A DNA stretch of 46,029 nucleotides. It comes from a virus. The translations under genes were made by a program, and so were the position numbers. Positions 14,533 through 24,042 of this stretch are shown piece after piece. The notes beneath the pieces are model-generated. The model ran no database searches, was not told where the DNA came from, and saw only the letters and a list, made by a program, of their open reading frames with translations. The stretch lies in UHGV virus genome UHGV-0229940; one strand, 5' to 3'. Numbering within the stretch: position 1 is the stretch's first letter; the number at the start of each line of letters is the position of its first letter.

Positions 14533-15267
14533 ATGAAAGAGATGACAGAACAAGGTAAGGAGATTTTTAATCTCTTAAAAACCGGTAAAGGGTTTTCTAA
14601 CCCACTTATTACTGGTGCAGCAGTTCTCGGTGGAACCGTAGCTGCTTCTACATCACTTGTAAGCTCTATTAGTTCTGTAACAGACCCTACAATGCAGGAG
14701 AAACTTGTTGCTGCTGGACTTACAACAGTCCTTCTAAACAGCTTTACAACAAGCCTTACAAGCACTACAGCAACTACTAAGACCCTGACAGACTACGGTC
14801 AAAAATCTATTGATGAGTTTTCATCACGTATGCAGGTAGCAAAGGGATATTCCAATGTTATGGGTGCAGCAGGAGAACAAGTTGGTTGTACACCGTTCAG
14901 TGGTATTATGGGTGTTGCTACAGAATATGGTCAAAAAGCTATTGATACGATTAACAGTACACTAGAGAGTGTTAACGATGTATTAAGTGACTTACAAGAC
15001 GCTATTGACAAGGGTCTTGATACTGTTTCTGATTTAGCTAACCAAGCTGTCAGTAAGATTAATGAAGGTATCTCAAAGATTACAGCTTATGCAGATGAAG
15101 TTGTGCAGATGATTGAAGAAGAAGCTGCCCTTATTGCAGAGTACCTTAAAACGAATATCAATGGGTTCTTAGCAGGTATCTTACCAGACTGGTTTGATGA
15201 TGCCTGTAAAACTGGTGTAATTGACACTATTGCAACACCAGAAATGAAGAACGCATTACAGAAATAA
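14533..15267 (+). CDS. hypothetical Ser/Thr-rich protein encoded inside the tRNA array
   Basis: Six-frame ORF 14470-15267 would overlap two tRNAs, so start is placed at Met 14533 (MKEMTEQ ...); 244 aa. Confidence 0.6.
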   Translation: MKEMTEQGKEIFNLLKTGKGFSNPLITGAAVLGGTVAASTSLVSSISSVTDPTMQEKLVAAGLTTVLLNSFTTSLTSTTATTKTLTDYGQKSIDEFSSRMQVAKGYSNVMGAAGEQVGCTPFSGIMGVATEYGQKAIDTINSTLESVNDVLSDLQDAIDKGLDTVSDLANQAVSKINEGISKITAYADEVVQMIEEEAALIAEYLKTNINGFLAGILPDWFDDACKTGVIDTIATPEMKNALQK

Positions 15268-15361
15268 TGGAAGATTAACCCTAAAAGGTAAGGGAGCAGT
15301 TTGCTAAACTGCCAGTAGCTGAGAAATCGGTGTACCAGTTCAAGTCTGGTATCTTCCTCCA
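15268..15361 (+). tRNA. tRNA-Ser (anticodon GCT), long variable arm
   Basis: Perfect acceptor GGAAGAT/ATCTTCC, anticodon stem GCAGT/ACTGC, loop TTGCTAA; 94 nt. Confidence 0.7.
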
Positions 15362-15365
15362 ATTT

Positions 15366-15441
15366 GAATCCGTGACAGAAATGGCTATGTGCCTGTCTGC
15401 AAAACAGGTTTATAAGGGTTCGAGTCCCTTCGGATTCTCCA
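15366..15441 (+). tRNA. tRNA-Cys (anticodon GCA)
   Basis: Perfect acceptor GAATCCG/CGGATTC, anticodon stem CCTGT/ACAGG, loop CTGCAAA. Confidence 0.7.
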
Positions 15442-15480
15442 AGTTATTTTACTCTCTCTCTCAATTAAAATAATAATAAT

Positions 15481-15542
15481 GCCCTGCTATAAGTATTCTT
15501 CCTTTCGCTACCGAAGAGTATTTTTAGACAGGGCTTTTTTAC
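15481..15542 (+). terminator. long structured rho-independent terminator closing the tRNA array
   Basis: Outer stem GCCCTG/CAGGGC enclosing an imperfect inner hairpin, followed by TTTTTT at 15535-15540. Confidence 0.55.
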
Positions 15543-15665
15543 AGAGTTATACTTTATAGGAAGACTTATACAGTATGTCTCTGACGTACATTGTGGTTTC
15601 TCCTTGACGGTCTCTGTGCCGTCTTTTTTAAGGGGAAACATGGTTAATTATTTGGAGAAAACATA

Positions 15666-15866
15666 ATGAGTGAGACCGTTTACAAAGAACTTTATGAAGC
15701 TAATAAAAAGCTAGAATTTATGCAGAACACTATCATGGCAATTGCAGATAGATTATCTGTAGCAACAGGTATTGATATTAAAGAAGCATCTATGGATGCA
15801 CTTCTTGATGCTGTTGATGCAAAGTTCGAAGTTAAGAAAGAAGAGACTGCTACAGACTCTGAATAA
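15666..15866 (+). CDS. hypothetical small acidic protein upstream of terminase
   Basis: 66 aa ORF with SD GGAGAAAACA; terminase small subunit role not supported by motifs. Confidence 0.5.
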   Translation: MSETVYKELYEANKKLEFMQNTIMAIADRLSVATGIDIKEASMDALLDAVDAKFEVKKEETATDSE

Positions 15867-15887
15867 TTCTATTTGCGGAGGCGCTTA

Positions 15888-17489
15888 ATGGACTTAAATG
15901 CTGTTAAGCAGAAGCGAGTGGAAGATGTTAGGAAAGTCCTAGCTGGAGAGTTGGGGCTTTCTGATGAAGTAAAAGAAATTATTAAATCATTCGGTAAAGA
16001 CCCCTCTAAATTCCTTCCAACTCAAATTCTGACTTTATTAAGATACACACCAGACCAAGTTCGCCTTATCTTTAAATTGATGACTGATAAGAACTATGTA
16101 GCCCCTCAGCCGGGTTCTCAAGAGGTCTTTTTAAATACTAATGCTGACTTGGTTCTCTATGGTGGTGCTGCTGGTGCTGGTAAGACTGCCGCATTGTTAA
16201 TGGACTCTTTAAGATTTATTGAAGACCCTAACTATAATGCTGTATATTTCCGTCGAAATACAACACAGTTACAAGGTGGTTTATGGCCTGCTGCAAAGAA
16301 ACTATTTGGTAAGTTTGGTGGGATTCCTCACGAGCAGAAAATGACTATCACATTCCCTTCTGGGGCAACTATCAAGTTTACCTACCTAGAACTTGAAAAG
16401 CACGCTGAAGGTCATCAGGGTATTGAATACTCAGCTATTTACTTTGACGAAGGTACACACTTCTCTGCTTCACAGATTTCATACCTACAAACCCGTCTAC
16501 GTTCTGGTGCTGAAGGCGATTCATACATGAAGATTTCCATGAACCCAGATAGAGACCACTTTATTTACGATTGGGTAGAACCATTCTTAGACGAAGAAGG
16601 TTATCCAGACCCTGAAAAGTGTGGTCGTATTCGTTGGTATGTAATGAATGATGGTGTGATGGTTTCTGATTGGGAGAGAGACAAGATTCTTGAAATGTTC
16701 CCTCTTGAGATTCCTCAAACATACACCTTCATCTCTGGTACGATTGATGATAACCCAATCCTTGACTTCTTAGAGCCTAAGTACCGTGGTAAGTTGGAAA
16801 ACAACACTCCTGTAAACGTTGCAAGACTTCGTTTCGGTAACTGGAAGGCTCGTGCAGAAGGTTCAAACTATTGGCAAAGACAATGGTGTGAAATTGTTGA
16901 TTCACTCCCAGAAGATGTATTTGATGTTAGAGCATGGGACTTAGCAGCAACTTTACCATCTGAGATTAACCCTAATCCAGACTGGACAGCAGGTGTTAAG
17001 ATGGGTAAATCTAAAAAAGACGGTTGCTATTATATCATTGATGTAGTAAGATTTAGAGATAGACCCTCTGGAGTCGAAACACAAATCAATTTGACTGCTG
17101 AAAGTGACGGTAAGCGAACTGGTATTTTTATCCCTCAAGACCCAGGCGCTGCTGGTAAATCCTACGCAACATCCCTCATCAGGAAACTTGCCGAGAAAGG
17201 TTATCGAGCAAGAGCCAAACCAACAAATAAAGATAAAGTTACCCGCTTTGCGGGATTTTCTGCTGCTTCTGAAGCTGGACTTGTAAAAGTCTTGAGAGGT
17301 AGTTGGAATGAAGCTTACTTTCAAGAACTTGAAGGCTTTTGTGGTGACGGTAAAACTAAAGATGACCAAGTGGATGCTACCAGTGATGCTTTCAACAGTC
17401 TTAACGAAGTTAAATTATTCAAGCCACCATCAATGGGTGCTCACACAGATTTAGTGAGAGGAAACCCATATGAGGGGCTTAGACGTTGA
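15888..17489 (+). CDS. terminase large subunit
   Basis: Walker A motif LYGGAAGAGKT; size and position ahead of the portal; ATG at 15888 with GGAGG SD preferred over the TTG at 15873. Confidence 0.85.
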   Translation: MDLNAVKQKRVEDVRKVLAGELGLSDEVKEIIKSFGKDPSKFLPTQILTLLRYTPDQVRLIFKLMTDKNYVAPQPGSQEVFLNTNADLVLYGGAAGAGKTAALLMDSLRFIEDPNYNAVYFRRNTTQLQGGLWPAAKKLFGKFGGIPHEQKMTITFPSGATIKFTYLELEKHAEGHQGIEYSAIYFDEGTHFSASQISYLQTRLRSGAEGDSYMKISMNPDRDHFIYDWVEPFLDEEGYPDPEKCGRIRWYVMNDGVMVSDWERDKILEMFPLEIPQTYTFISGTIDDNPILDFLEPKYRGKLENNTPVNVARLRFGNWKARAEGSNYWQRQWCEIVDSLPEDVFDVRAWDLAATLPSEINPNPDWTAGVKMGKSKKDGCYYIIDVVRFRDRPSGVETQINLTAESDGKRTGIFIPQDPGAAGKSYATSLIRKLAEKGYRARAKPTNKDKVTRFAGFSAASEAGLVKVLRGSWNEAYFQELEGFCGDGKTKDDQVDATSDAFNSLNEVKLFKPPSMGAHTDLVRGNPYEGLRR

Positions 17490-17505
17490 TAGCTAGGTGA
17501 GAAGA

Positions 17506-18972
17506 ATGGCAGATATTACAGAAACACAAGAAAGCTTACCACCATTTAGAATGGGTGAAGTAGGTTCTTTGGGTCTGAAGGTTAAGAATGGAAGAATCTA
17601 TGAAGAACCTCGTCAGGCACTAAGGTTCCCTGAAAGTATTAAAACTTTCCAATTAATGATGCGTGACCCTGCTGTAGCAGCATCTGTAAATATTATTAAG
17701 ATGTTTGTCAGAAAAGTCAACTGGAGATTCGTACCTCCAAAGGGAAAAGAGCAAGACCCTAAAATGCTTGAAAGAGCAGACTTCTTTAATTCTTTAATGG
17801 ATGACATGGAGCATGATTGGGCAGATTTTATTAATTCTGTAATGTCATTCTGCACTTATGGGTTCTGTGTTAACGAGAAAGTTTATAAGAAGCGACAGGG
17901 TAAAAAAGGAAAGTACCAGTCAAAATTTGATGATGGTCTAATTGGATGGGCTAAATTACCAATCAGAAACCAATCAACACTTGATAAGTGGTATTTTGAC
18001 GAAGACTTTAGAAAAGTTACTGGTGTTAGACAGAATCTGAGAAATGTTTCACATATTGCTGGAGCAATTAATCTCGGAGAAAGGCCACTAACAAGAAAAC
18101 TTCCACGAGCTAAATTCATGCTGTTTAAGTATGATGATGAATATGGAAACCCAGAAGGTCGTTCACCATTACTTAATGCCTATGTACCGTGGAAGTATAA
18201 AGTTCAGATTGAAGAGTACGAAGCCGTTGGTGTTTCAAGAGACTTGGTAGGTATGCCAAAGATTGGTTTACCACCAGATTATCTGGATGAAAATGCAGAA
18301 CCTGAAAAGAAAGCTTTCGTACAATACTGCAAAACTGTTGTTAACGATATGATTGCTAATGATAGAGCAGGTTTAATCTGGCCTAGATATATCGACCCAG
18401 ATACTAAAGAGGATATTTTCGAGTTCTCATTAGTTTCTAGACAGGGTGCTAAAGCATACGATACAGGTTCTATTATTGACAGATATTCCAAGCAGATTAT
18501 GATGGCATTTATGTCAGATGTTCTTGCTATGGGTCAGTCAAAATATGGTTCATTCTCTCTTGCAGATTCTAAGACAAGCTTACTAGCAATGTCGGTAGAT
18601 ATCCTGCTGAAGCAAATTAAGAACGTAATTAACCGTGATTTAGTTGCACAGACTTATGCTCTTAATATGTGGGACGATGAAGAACATGTACAAATCACAT
18701 ATGATGATATCGAAACTCCAGACCTTGAAGCAATTGGTTCTTATATCCAGAAGACTGTTGCAGTAGGTGCTTTGGAAGTTGACAAAGAGCTATCTAACAA
18801 GCTTAGAGAGCATATTGGTCTTCCTCCTGCTGATGAGTCTCAACCAGTATCTGAAAAGCTTTCTCCAAATAGTCAAAGCCGCTCAGGAGATGGTTATAAG
18901 ACCGCTGGAGAAGGTACTGCAAAGACACCTTCAGCGAAAGACCCAAGCACAGCAAATAAGGCAAATAAATAA
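17506..18972 (+). CDS. portal protein
   Basis: About 490 aa ORF immediately downstream of terminase; ATG at 17506 preferred over GTG at 17497. Confidence 0.75.
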   Translation: MADITETQESLPPFRMGEVGSLGLKVKNGRIYEEPRQALRFPESIKTFQLMMRDPAVAASVNIIKMFVRKVNWRFVPPKGKEQDPKMLERADFFNSLMDDMEHDWADFINSVMSFCTYGFCVNEKVYKKRQGKKGKYQSKFDDGLIGWAKLPIRNQSTLDKWYFDEDFRKVTGVRQNLRNVSHIAGAINLGERPLTRKLPRAKFMLFKYDDEYGNPEGRSPLLNAYVPWKYKVQIEEYEAVGVSRDLVGMPKIGLPPDYLDENAEPEKKAFVQYCKTVVNDMIANDRAGLIWPRYIDPDTKEDIFEFSLVSRQGAKAYDTGSIIDRYSKQIMMAFMSDVLAMGQSKYGSFSLADSKTSLLAMSVDILLKQIKNVINRDLVAQTYALNMWDDEEHVQITYDDIETPDLEAIGSYIQKTVAVGALEVDKELSNKLREHIGLPPADESQPVSEKLSPNSQSRSGDGYKTAGEGTAKTPSAKDPSTANKANK

Positions 18973-19472
18973 TGGCTGAAGTTATCTCTATTTCAAATGC
19001 TACACGAGTGCATTCGTATAGAGGTGTTCTTATTATCACTGACAAATTATCTGTAGGGGCTGGCTCAAGGGTCAGCCTTTCAGGTTATGTAAGTGATGGT
19101 GGAACCTCTGACGTTTTCACTATTTGCAGGTTACTTGATGCACCAATGAGTGGAAAACCGTTTATTTCAGGAAATTGTAGTGAAATTGTTAAAATTCCAT
19201 TTGACAGTTCATGCCTTTTGGGTGTAAAGTTATATAACTGCGAGAATAAACGTATCAATGTTAATAGCATTGAAGCCGCTTTCATTACCCTCGACACTGC
19301 ATTTCAATCTCCAATGACAGTTAATAAAGAAACAAACAGACTTGAATACATTTTTTCACAAAATGATTACAAAGTACTTGTCAAAGGTAAAGTATATGAT
19401 ATGATTGTAAATGTGGTAGATGAATCTGGTAACCATTCAACAGTCCTTAAACAAAAAGTAAGGTTTAATTAA
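18972..19472 (+). CDS. hypothetical head-module protein
   Basis: 166 aa ORF translationally coupled to portal. Confidence 0.6.
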   Translation: MAEVISISNATRVHSYRGVLIITDKLSVGAGSRVSLSGYVSDGGTSDVFTICRLLDAPMSGKPFISGNCSEIVKIPFDSSCLLGVKLYNCENKRINVNSIEAAFITLDTAFQSPMTVNKETNRLEYIFSQNDYKVLVKGKVYDMIVNVVDESGNHSTVLKQKVRFN

Positions 19473-19804
19473 TGGGAACATTAACTATTGATGGTAAGAA
19501 TAAAATCCTCGCCACGCTAACCCCAACGACTATTATTTTACACAATGTAGACCCAACGGCAGACCCTACAGCAAATAAGGTTACTCAGCCAGTGGCTATT
19601 TATTTTTCTGAACCGGATAATGGCTTAATTGCCTCAGAAGATACAGTTAATATTACTGTTCCAGCTTCTGCAACGGTCTCACACTATAGCTTGTGGGATG
19701 CTAACGATAAATGCGTGGCAACTGGTGCTCTTAGCAAACCTCAATTCTTTGCTGAAGAAGGTATCTATGTTATCTCTTCAGTCTCTGTAGATTTAAACAA
19801 ATAG
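19472..19804 (+). CDS. hypothetical head-module protein
   Basis: 110 aa ORF. Confidence 0.55.
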   Translation: MGTLTIDGKNKILATLTPTTIILHNVDPTADPTANKVTQPVAIYFSEPDNGLIASEDTVNITVPASATVSHYSLWDANDKCVATGALSKPQFFAEEGIYVISSVSVDLNK

Positions 19805-19815
19805 GGTGAGTAAAA

Positions 19816-21162
19816 ATGAGTTCGAATATCTTCAGACTTGCTGATAGATTATTCAACCAACCTTTACTAGCCACTGAATCATTAGCTCACTCAGCAGCAA
19901 CTTATGTGAATAACAGATTGCTGGGTGATGTCCAAGCAGCAGTAAACTTTGATAAACCCAAAGGTGAAGCAAGAAGTCTTTTAAAAGTAAAAGATGATAT
20001 TGCTATTATCCCCATTATGGGTGGTTTAACCCATCGTATGACATTCATTGATGCAATGTGCACAGGTGGTTTAAGCTCTTATGAAGGTTTGCGTAGAGGC
20101 TTTGACGAAGCTTTAGCAGATGAGTCAATCAAGACTATTGTTCTGCACATCGATTCTGGTGGTGGTGAAGCTTCAGGTTGCTTTGAATTAGCACGTCACA
20201 TTATGGCTTCAAGAGGCCAAAAGAAAATTATTGCTTATGTAGATGAGTTCGCTTGTTCCGCTGCATATGCTCTTGCATCTTCTGCTGAAGAAATTATTGC
20301 ATCACCAGATGCAGATGTTGGTTCTATTGGTGTAATTATGGTTCATCAGGAATTAACTAAGGCATTTGAAAAGAATGGCGTAACAATTAACGTCATCAAA
20401 GCTGGTGAGTTTAAAGGTATGGGTTCACCATTCCAAGCACTTTCAGAAGAAAGCAAAGAAAGACTTCAAAAGAGAATTAATGATACCTACGCAACCTTTA
20501 CAGGTTTTGTAGCTGAATCTCGTAATCTCTCTGAAGAAGCTGTAAAGAATACTGAGGCGAATGTTTATTCTGCTCAGGAAGCTCTTGAACTTGGTTTAAT
20601 TAACTCAATCATGTCTCAAGATGATTTCTTAAATTACTTACAAGGTTCTGAAGAGGCTCCTGTAAGTTTAAACGTTAACAATTCAGGTGAAGAAATGACT
20701 GAACAAGAAAAGCAAGAACTAGAAGCTTTGCGTCTTCAGGTTGCTCAAATGAAAGCTAAAGAACAGGAAGCTGCTTTGTCAGATTTGACTAATAAGATTT
20801 CTGCTTCTGCTGAAGCTTTTGGGTTTGATGCAAAAGAAGCTGCAACGACTATTTTAGGTGCTGGTCTTGATAACCCTCTGAGCGTTCTGTTTATGAATGC
20901 TATGGAAGGTGCTAACCAGAAACTTAATGAAACTATCGCGTCCCATGCTTCTGCAATGGAAGAAAAAGAATCAGAAATTACCAAGCTGAAAGAAACTGCT
21001 GGTGCTGTTCTTGAACATTCTAATGCTATGGAAGAAATGGGTAATGACGGCGAAGCTGATTTGGTTGAAGAAGAAAAAGAACCAGCTAAGAATGCTTCCG
21101 AAGACACCGCTGAACAACGCAAACTGGCTCTCCAGAATGCTCTAAAATCTCTTATCAAATAA
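19816..21162 (+). CDS. prohead protease of the S49 (ClpP/SppA-like) family fused to a C-terminal scaffold-like region
   Basis: IDSGGGEASG serine-protease motif region; C-terminal 150 aa Glu/Ala/Lys-rich predicted coiled coil. Confidence 0.8.
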   Translation: MSSNIFRLADRLFNQPLLATESLAHSAATYVNNRLLGDVQAAVNFDKPKGEARSLLKVKDDIAIIPIMGGLTHRMTFIDAMCTGGLSSYEGLRRGFDEALADESIKTIVLHIDSGGGEASGCFELARHIMASRGQKKIIAYVDEFACSAAYALASSAEEIIASPDADVGSIGVIMVHQELTKAFEKNGVTINVIKAGEFKGMGSPFQALSEESKERLQKRINDTYATFTGFVAESRNLSEEAVKNTEANVYSAQEALELGLINSIMSQDDFLNYLQGSEEAPVSLNVNNSGEEMTEQEKQELEALRLQVAQMKAKEQEAALSDLTNKISASAEAFGFDAKEAATTILGAGLDNPLSVLFMNAMEGANQKLNETIASHASAMEEKESEITKLKETAGAVLEHSNAMEEMGNDGEADLVEEEKEPAKNASEDTAEQRKLALQNALKSLIK

Positions 21163-21173
21163 GGAACACAATA

Positions 21174-21551
21174 ATGGCATATGAAGGTTTTACTCACTTA
21201 GGTAAAAGAGAACCTCTGAATGATATCATTCTTTGGGAACAGGTTACCCCAACAGGTCACTCTCGCAAAGAGTACACTCCAGTTGCTTCAACAGAATACC
21301 GTGTAGGTGAAGTCCTGAAAGCAGATGGTACTAAAGTTGCAGCAGGGGAAGAAGCTCAGGCTGATTCTGTATGTATCGTTAACTTTTACGCAGACCTACA
21401 ACTGTCTTACCACGGTCAGTTGAAAGTTGTTGGTATTTACCGTGACGCAGAACTAAAAGACCTGCTTACTCTTGAATCAGGTGTTGATGCTAATGCAGTC
21501 AAGACAGCTCTGGCTGCTAAAGGTATTGATTTCGTACCAACTGGCCTGTAA
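21174..21551 (+). CDS. head decoration protein (lambda gpD-like)
   Basis: 125 aa ORF directly upstream of the major capsid gene, in the lambda D-E arrangement. Confidence 0.6.
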   Translation: MAYEGFTHLGKREPLNDIILWEQVTPTGHSRKEYTPVASTEYRVGEVLKADGTKVAAGEEAQADSVCIVNFYADLQLSYHGQLKVVGIYRDAELKDLLTLESGVDANAVKTALAAKGIDFVPTGL

Positions 21552-21584
21552 TAACAATAATAAGACATTCTGGAGAATTTTACA

Positions 21585-22691
21585 ATGTTGACTAATTCTG
21601 AAAAAAGCAGATTTTTCCTTGCTGACCTGACTGGTGAAGTCCAGTCTATCCCAAATACTTATGGGTATATTTCCAACTTAGGTCTATTCCGTTCAGCACC
21701 AATCACCCAAACTACTTTCCTTATGGACTTGACTGATTGGGATGTTAGCTTGCTTGATGCGGTAGACCGTGATAGCCGTAAAGCAGAGACTAGCGCACCT
21801 GAGCGTGTTCGTCAAATCAGCTTCCCAATGATGTACTTCAAAGAAGTTGAAAGCATTACCCCTGATGAGATTCAGGGTGTACGTCAGCCAGGCACTGCAA
21901 ACGAACTGACTACTGAAGCTGTAGTACGTGCTAAGAAGCTGATGAAGATTCGTACCAAGTTCGATATTACTCGTGAGTTCCTGTTTATGCAAGCTCTGAA
22001 GGGTAAAGTTGTTGATGCTCGTGGTACTCTGTACGCTGACCTGTACAAGCAGTTCGACGTTGAGAAGAAGACTATTTACTTCGACCTTGACAATCCTAAT
22101 GCTGATATCGACGCTTCTATTGAAGAACTGCGTATGCACATGGAAGATGAAGCTAAGACTGGCACTGTAATCAACGGTGAAGAGATTCACGTAGTTGTTG
22201 ACCGTGTATTCTTCAGCAAACTGGTTAAGCATCCTAAGATTCGTGACGCTTATCTTGCACAGCAGACTCCACTGGCTTGGCAACAGATTACTGGTTCTCT
22301 GAGAACTGGTGGTGCTGACGGCGTTCAGGCTCATATGAATACTTTCTACTACGGTGGCGTTAAGTTTGTCCAGTATAACGGTAAGTTTAAAGACAAGCGT
22401 GGTAAGGTTCATACTCTGGTTAGCATTGATGGTGCTGGTGCAGACGTTGGTGTAGGGCACGCTTTCCCTAACGTATCTATGTTGGGTGAAGCTAACAACA
22501 TCTTTGAAGTTGCATACGGCCCATGTCCTAAGATGGGTTATGCAAATACACTTGGTCAGGAACTATATGTATTCGAATACGAAAAAGACCGTGACGAAGG
22601 TATTGACTTCGAAGCTCACTCTTACATGCTGCCATACTGTACTCGTCCTCAGTTGCTGGTAGATGTTCGTGCTGACGCTAAAGGCGAATGA
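21585..22691 (+). CDS. major capsid protein (lambda gpE-like family)
   Basis: 368 aa; position and size; end-region similarity to lambda E (assessed from memory, not aligned). Confidence 0.75.
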   Translation: MLTNSEKSRFFLADLTGEVQSIPNTYGYISNLGLFRSAPITQTTFLMDLTDWDVSLLDAVDRDSRKAETSAPERVRQISFPMMYFKEVESITPDEIQGVRQPGTANELTTEAVVRAKKLMKIRTKFDITREFLFMQALKGKVVDARGTLYADLYKQFDVEKKTIYFDLDNPNADIDASIEELRMHMEDEAKTGTVINGEEIHVVVDRVFFSKLVKHPKIRDAYLAQQTPLAWQQITGSLRTGGADGVQAHMNTFYYGGVKFVQYNGKFKDKRGKVHTLVSIDGAGADVGVGHAFPNVSMLGEANNIFEVAYGPCPKMGYANTLGQELYVFEYEKDRDEGIDFEAHSYMLPYCTRPQLLVDVRADAKGE

Positions 22692-22712
22692 TATTCTTAA
22701 GGAGGGTTATGA

Positions 22713-23162
22713 ATGTGTTATACAGGCGACCCAGCCAATAACCCTCTTGATAGAGTAAGAATCCTCTGCACAGACACCAATAATGATGAAATTCTTATTG
22801 AACAGTCTGTGCTAGAGTGGTTCTATCTAGAATCTGGAAAGGATGAAAAGAAAGCAGCCATCAAAGCTCTTAAATATTTACTCTTTCAAGTAGCCAAGAT
22901 GGGAGATGAGAAGGTTGGTGGTGTTTATTTACGTAACTCTTCCAGATTCAAGTCTCTGAAAGCTGTTTATGACGACCTTGTTAAAAGCTCTGTTTCAGGA
23001 CTACCCTATGCAGGTGGTATTAATCGGTGTGATATTGACATGCGTCGTCAAAATCCTTGCTCTGTCAAGAAATACACAGAATATGGTGATGCTGCCAGAT
23101 ACGAAGGCAGAGATTACTGCAACCGTGTTAATGGCGTATTTATTATCGAGCGAGATGAATAA
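22713..23162 (+). CDS. hypothetical head-tail joining protein
   Basis: 149 aa ORF between capsid and tail genes. Confidence 0.55.
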   Translation: MCYTGDPANNPLDRVRILCTDTNNDEILIEQSVLEWFYLESGKDEKKAAIKALKYLLFQVAKMGDEKVGGVYLRNSSRFKSLKAVYDDLVKSSVSGLPYAGGINRCDIDMRRQNPCSVKKYTEYGDAARYEGRDYCNRVNGVFIIERDE

Positions 23163-23644
23163 TGGTTAAAAGGGTTATTCACCCCGCTAGAGCAAAATTA
23201 GTCGGGGCTATGAAGAACTTGCAGACGGCTAATGCTCAAGTTGGGTATTTTCAAGAACAAGGTCAACATAGCTCTGGTTTTTCTTACCCTGCTTTAATGT
23301 ATTTACAAGAAGTTATTGGGGTTCCTTCAGCTTCTGGTAAAGTATATCGTAGGTTGTTTGAAATCACTATGATGCTAAACAAACAGACCTTGTTAGAGCA
23401 GACTAAGAAGAATCTATATAAGCAACTTAGCAGTCTCAACACAGACCCTTCAAATACCTTAGAAGCATTTGCAAAGAATGCTCAAAAGGCAATTAAAAGA
23501 GGTTTTGGTAATTCTGCTATCCTCCCTCCTAACGCACCTTCCACAGTCAAGAAAAAAGGCTTTAACGCACCTCTTGTTGAGACAGGTGACTTAAGAGATA
23601 ACCTTGCTTATAAAATTTCTACTAAGAAGGGTATTAAAAAATGA
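23162..23644 (+). CDS. hypothetical head-tail joining protein
   Basis: 160 aa ORF. Confidence 0.55.
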   Translation: MVKRVIHPARAKLVGAMKNLQTANAQVGYFQEQGQHSSGFSYPALMYLQEVIGVPSASGKVYRRLFEITMMLNKQTLLEQTKKNLYKQLSSLNTDPSNTLEAFAKNAQKAIKRGFGNSAILPPNAPSTVKKKGFNAPLVETGDLRDNLAYKISTKKGIKK

Positions 23645-24042
23645 GACTCTTAAACAGACACAGCTTTGTAGTAAAGCGTAAAGTCTCTGAAGATGGTTAT
23701 TATAATGATGATGGTGATTGGGTAGCTTCACAAGATATTGTAGAGGTTAACTGTAAAGGTAATATTCAGCCATATATCAAAGGTTCTGTAAAGAATGGTA
23801 CACAGATTGCTTTACCGGAAGGTATTAGGCTTACCGATACAAGAATCCTGTATACCACATATAAGCTTAGAACTTCAGATGATGTAGAGTGGAATGAGTC
23901 TGACATTGTTATGATTGATGGTCATGAGTATGAAGTATTTATGACTATGGATTGGTCACAGCAATTAGCCCATACGTCCCATTATGAATATATCATTATT
24001 AGAAGGGATAAAATGAATGCAGTTAGAAACAGCAGAACTTGA
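23641..24042 (+). CDS. hypothetical tail completion protein
   Basis: 133 aa ORF. Confidence 0.55.
   Translation: MRLLNRHSFVVKRKVSEDGYYNDDGDWVASQDIVEVNCKGNIQPYIKGSVKNGTQIALPEGIRLTDTRILYTTYKLRTSDDVEWNESDIVMIDGHEYEVFMTMDWSQQLAHTSHYEYIIIRRDKMNAVRNSRT

Noticed and set aside
10298-15441. tmRNA or group I intron within the tRNA array
   Set aside because: No tmRNA tag-reading frame or long intron-like insertion seen; the odd segments are better explained as structured spacers and a permuted tRNA-like piece.
15873-15887. TTG start for terminase and GTG start at 17497 for portal
   Set aside because: In-frame ATG codons with better-placed Shine-Dalgarno sequences lie 15 and 9 nt downstream (15888 and 17506).
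16953-19297. Antisense ORFs in terminase, portal and the following head gene (16953-17369, 17613-17855, 17883-18119, 18279-18491, 18803-19045, 19085-19297)
   Set aside because: Embedded opposite strongly supported structural genes.
20745-22460. Antisense ORFs 20745-21197 (150 aa) and 21693-22460 (255 aa)
   Set aside because: Opposite the protease/scaffold and major capsid genes; Ser/Ala-rich or Leu/Asn-rich low-complexity translations.
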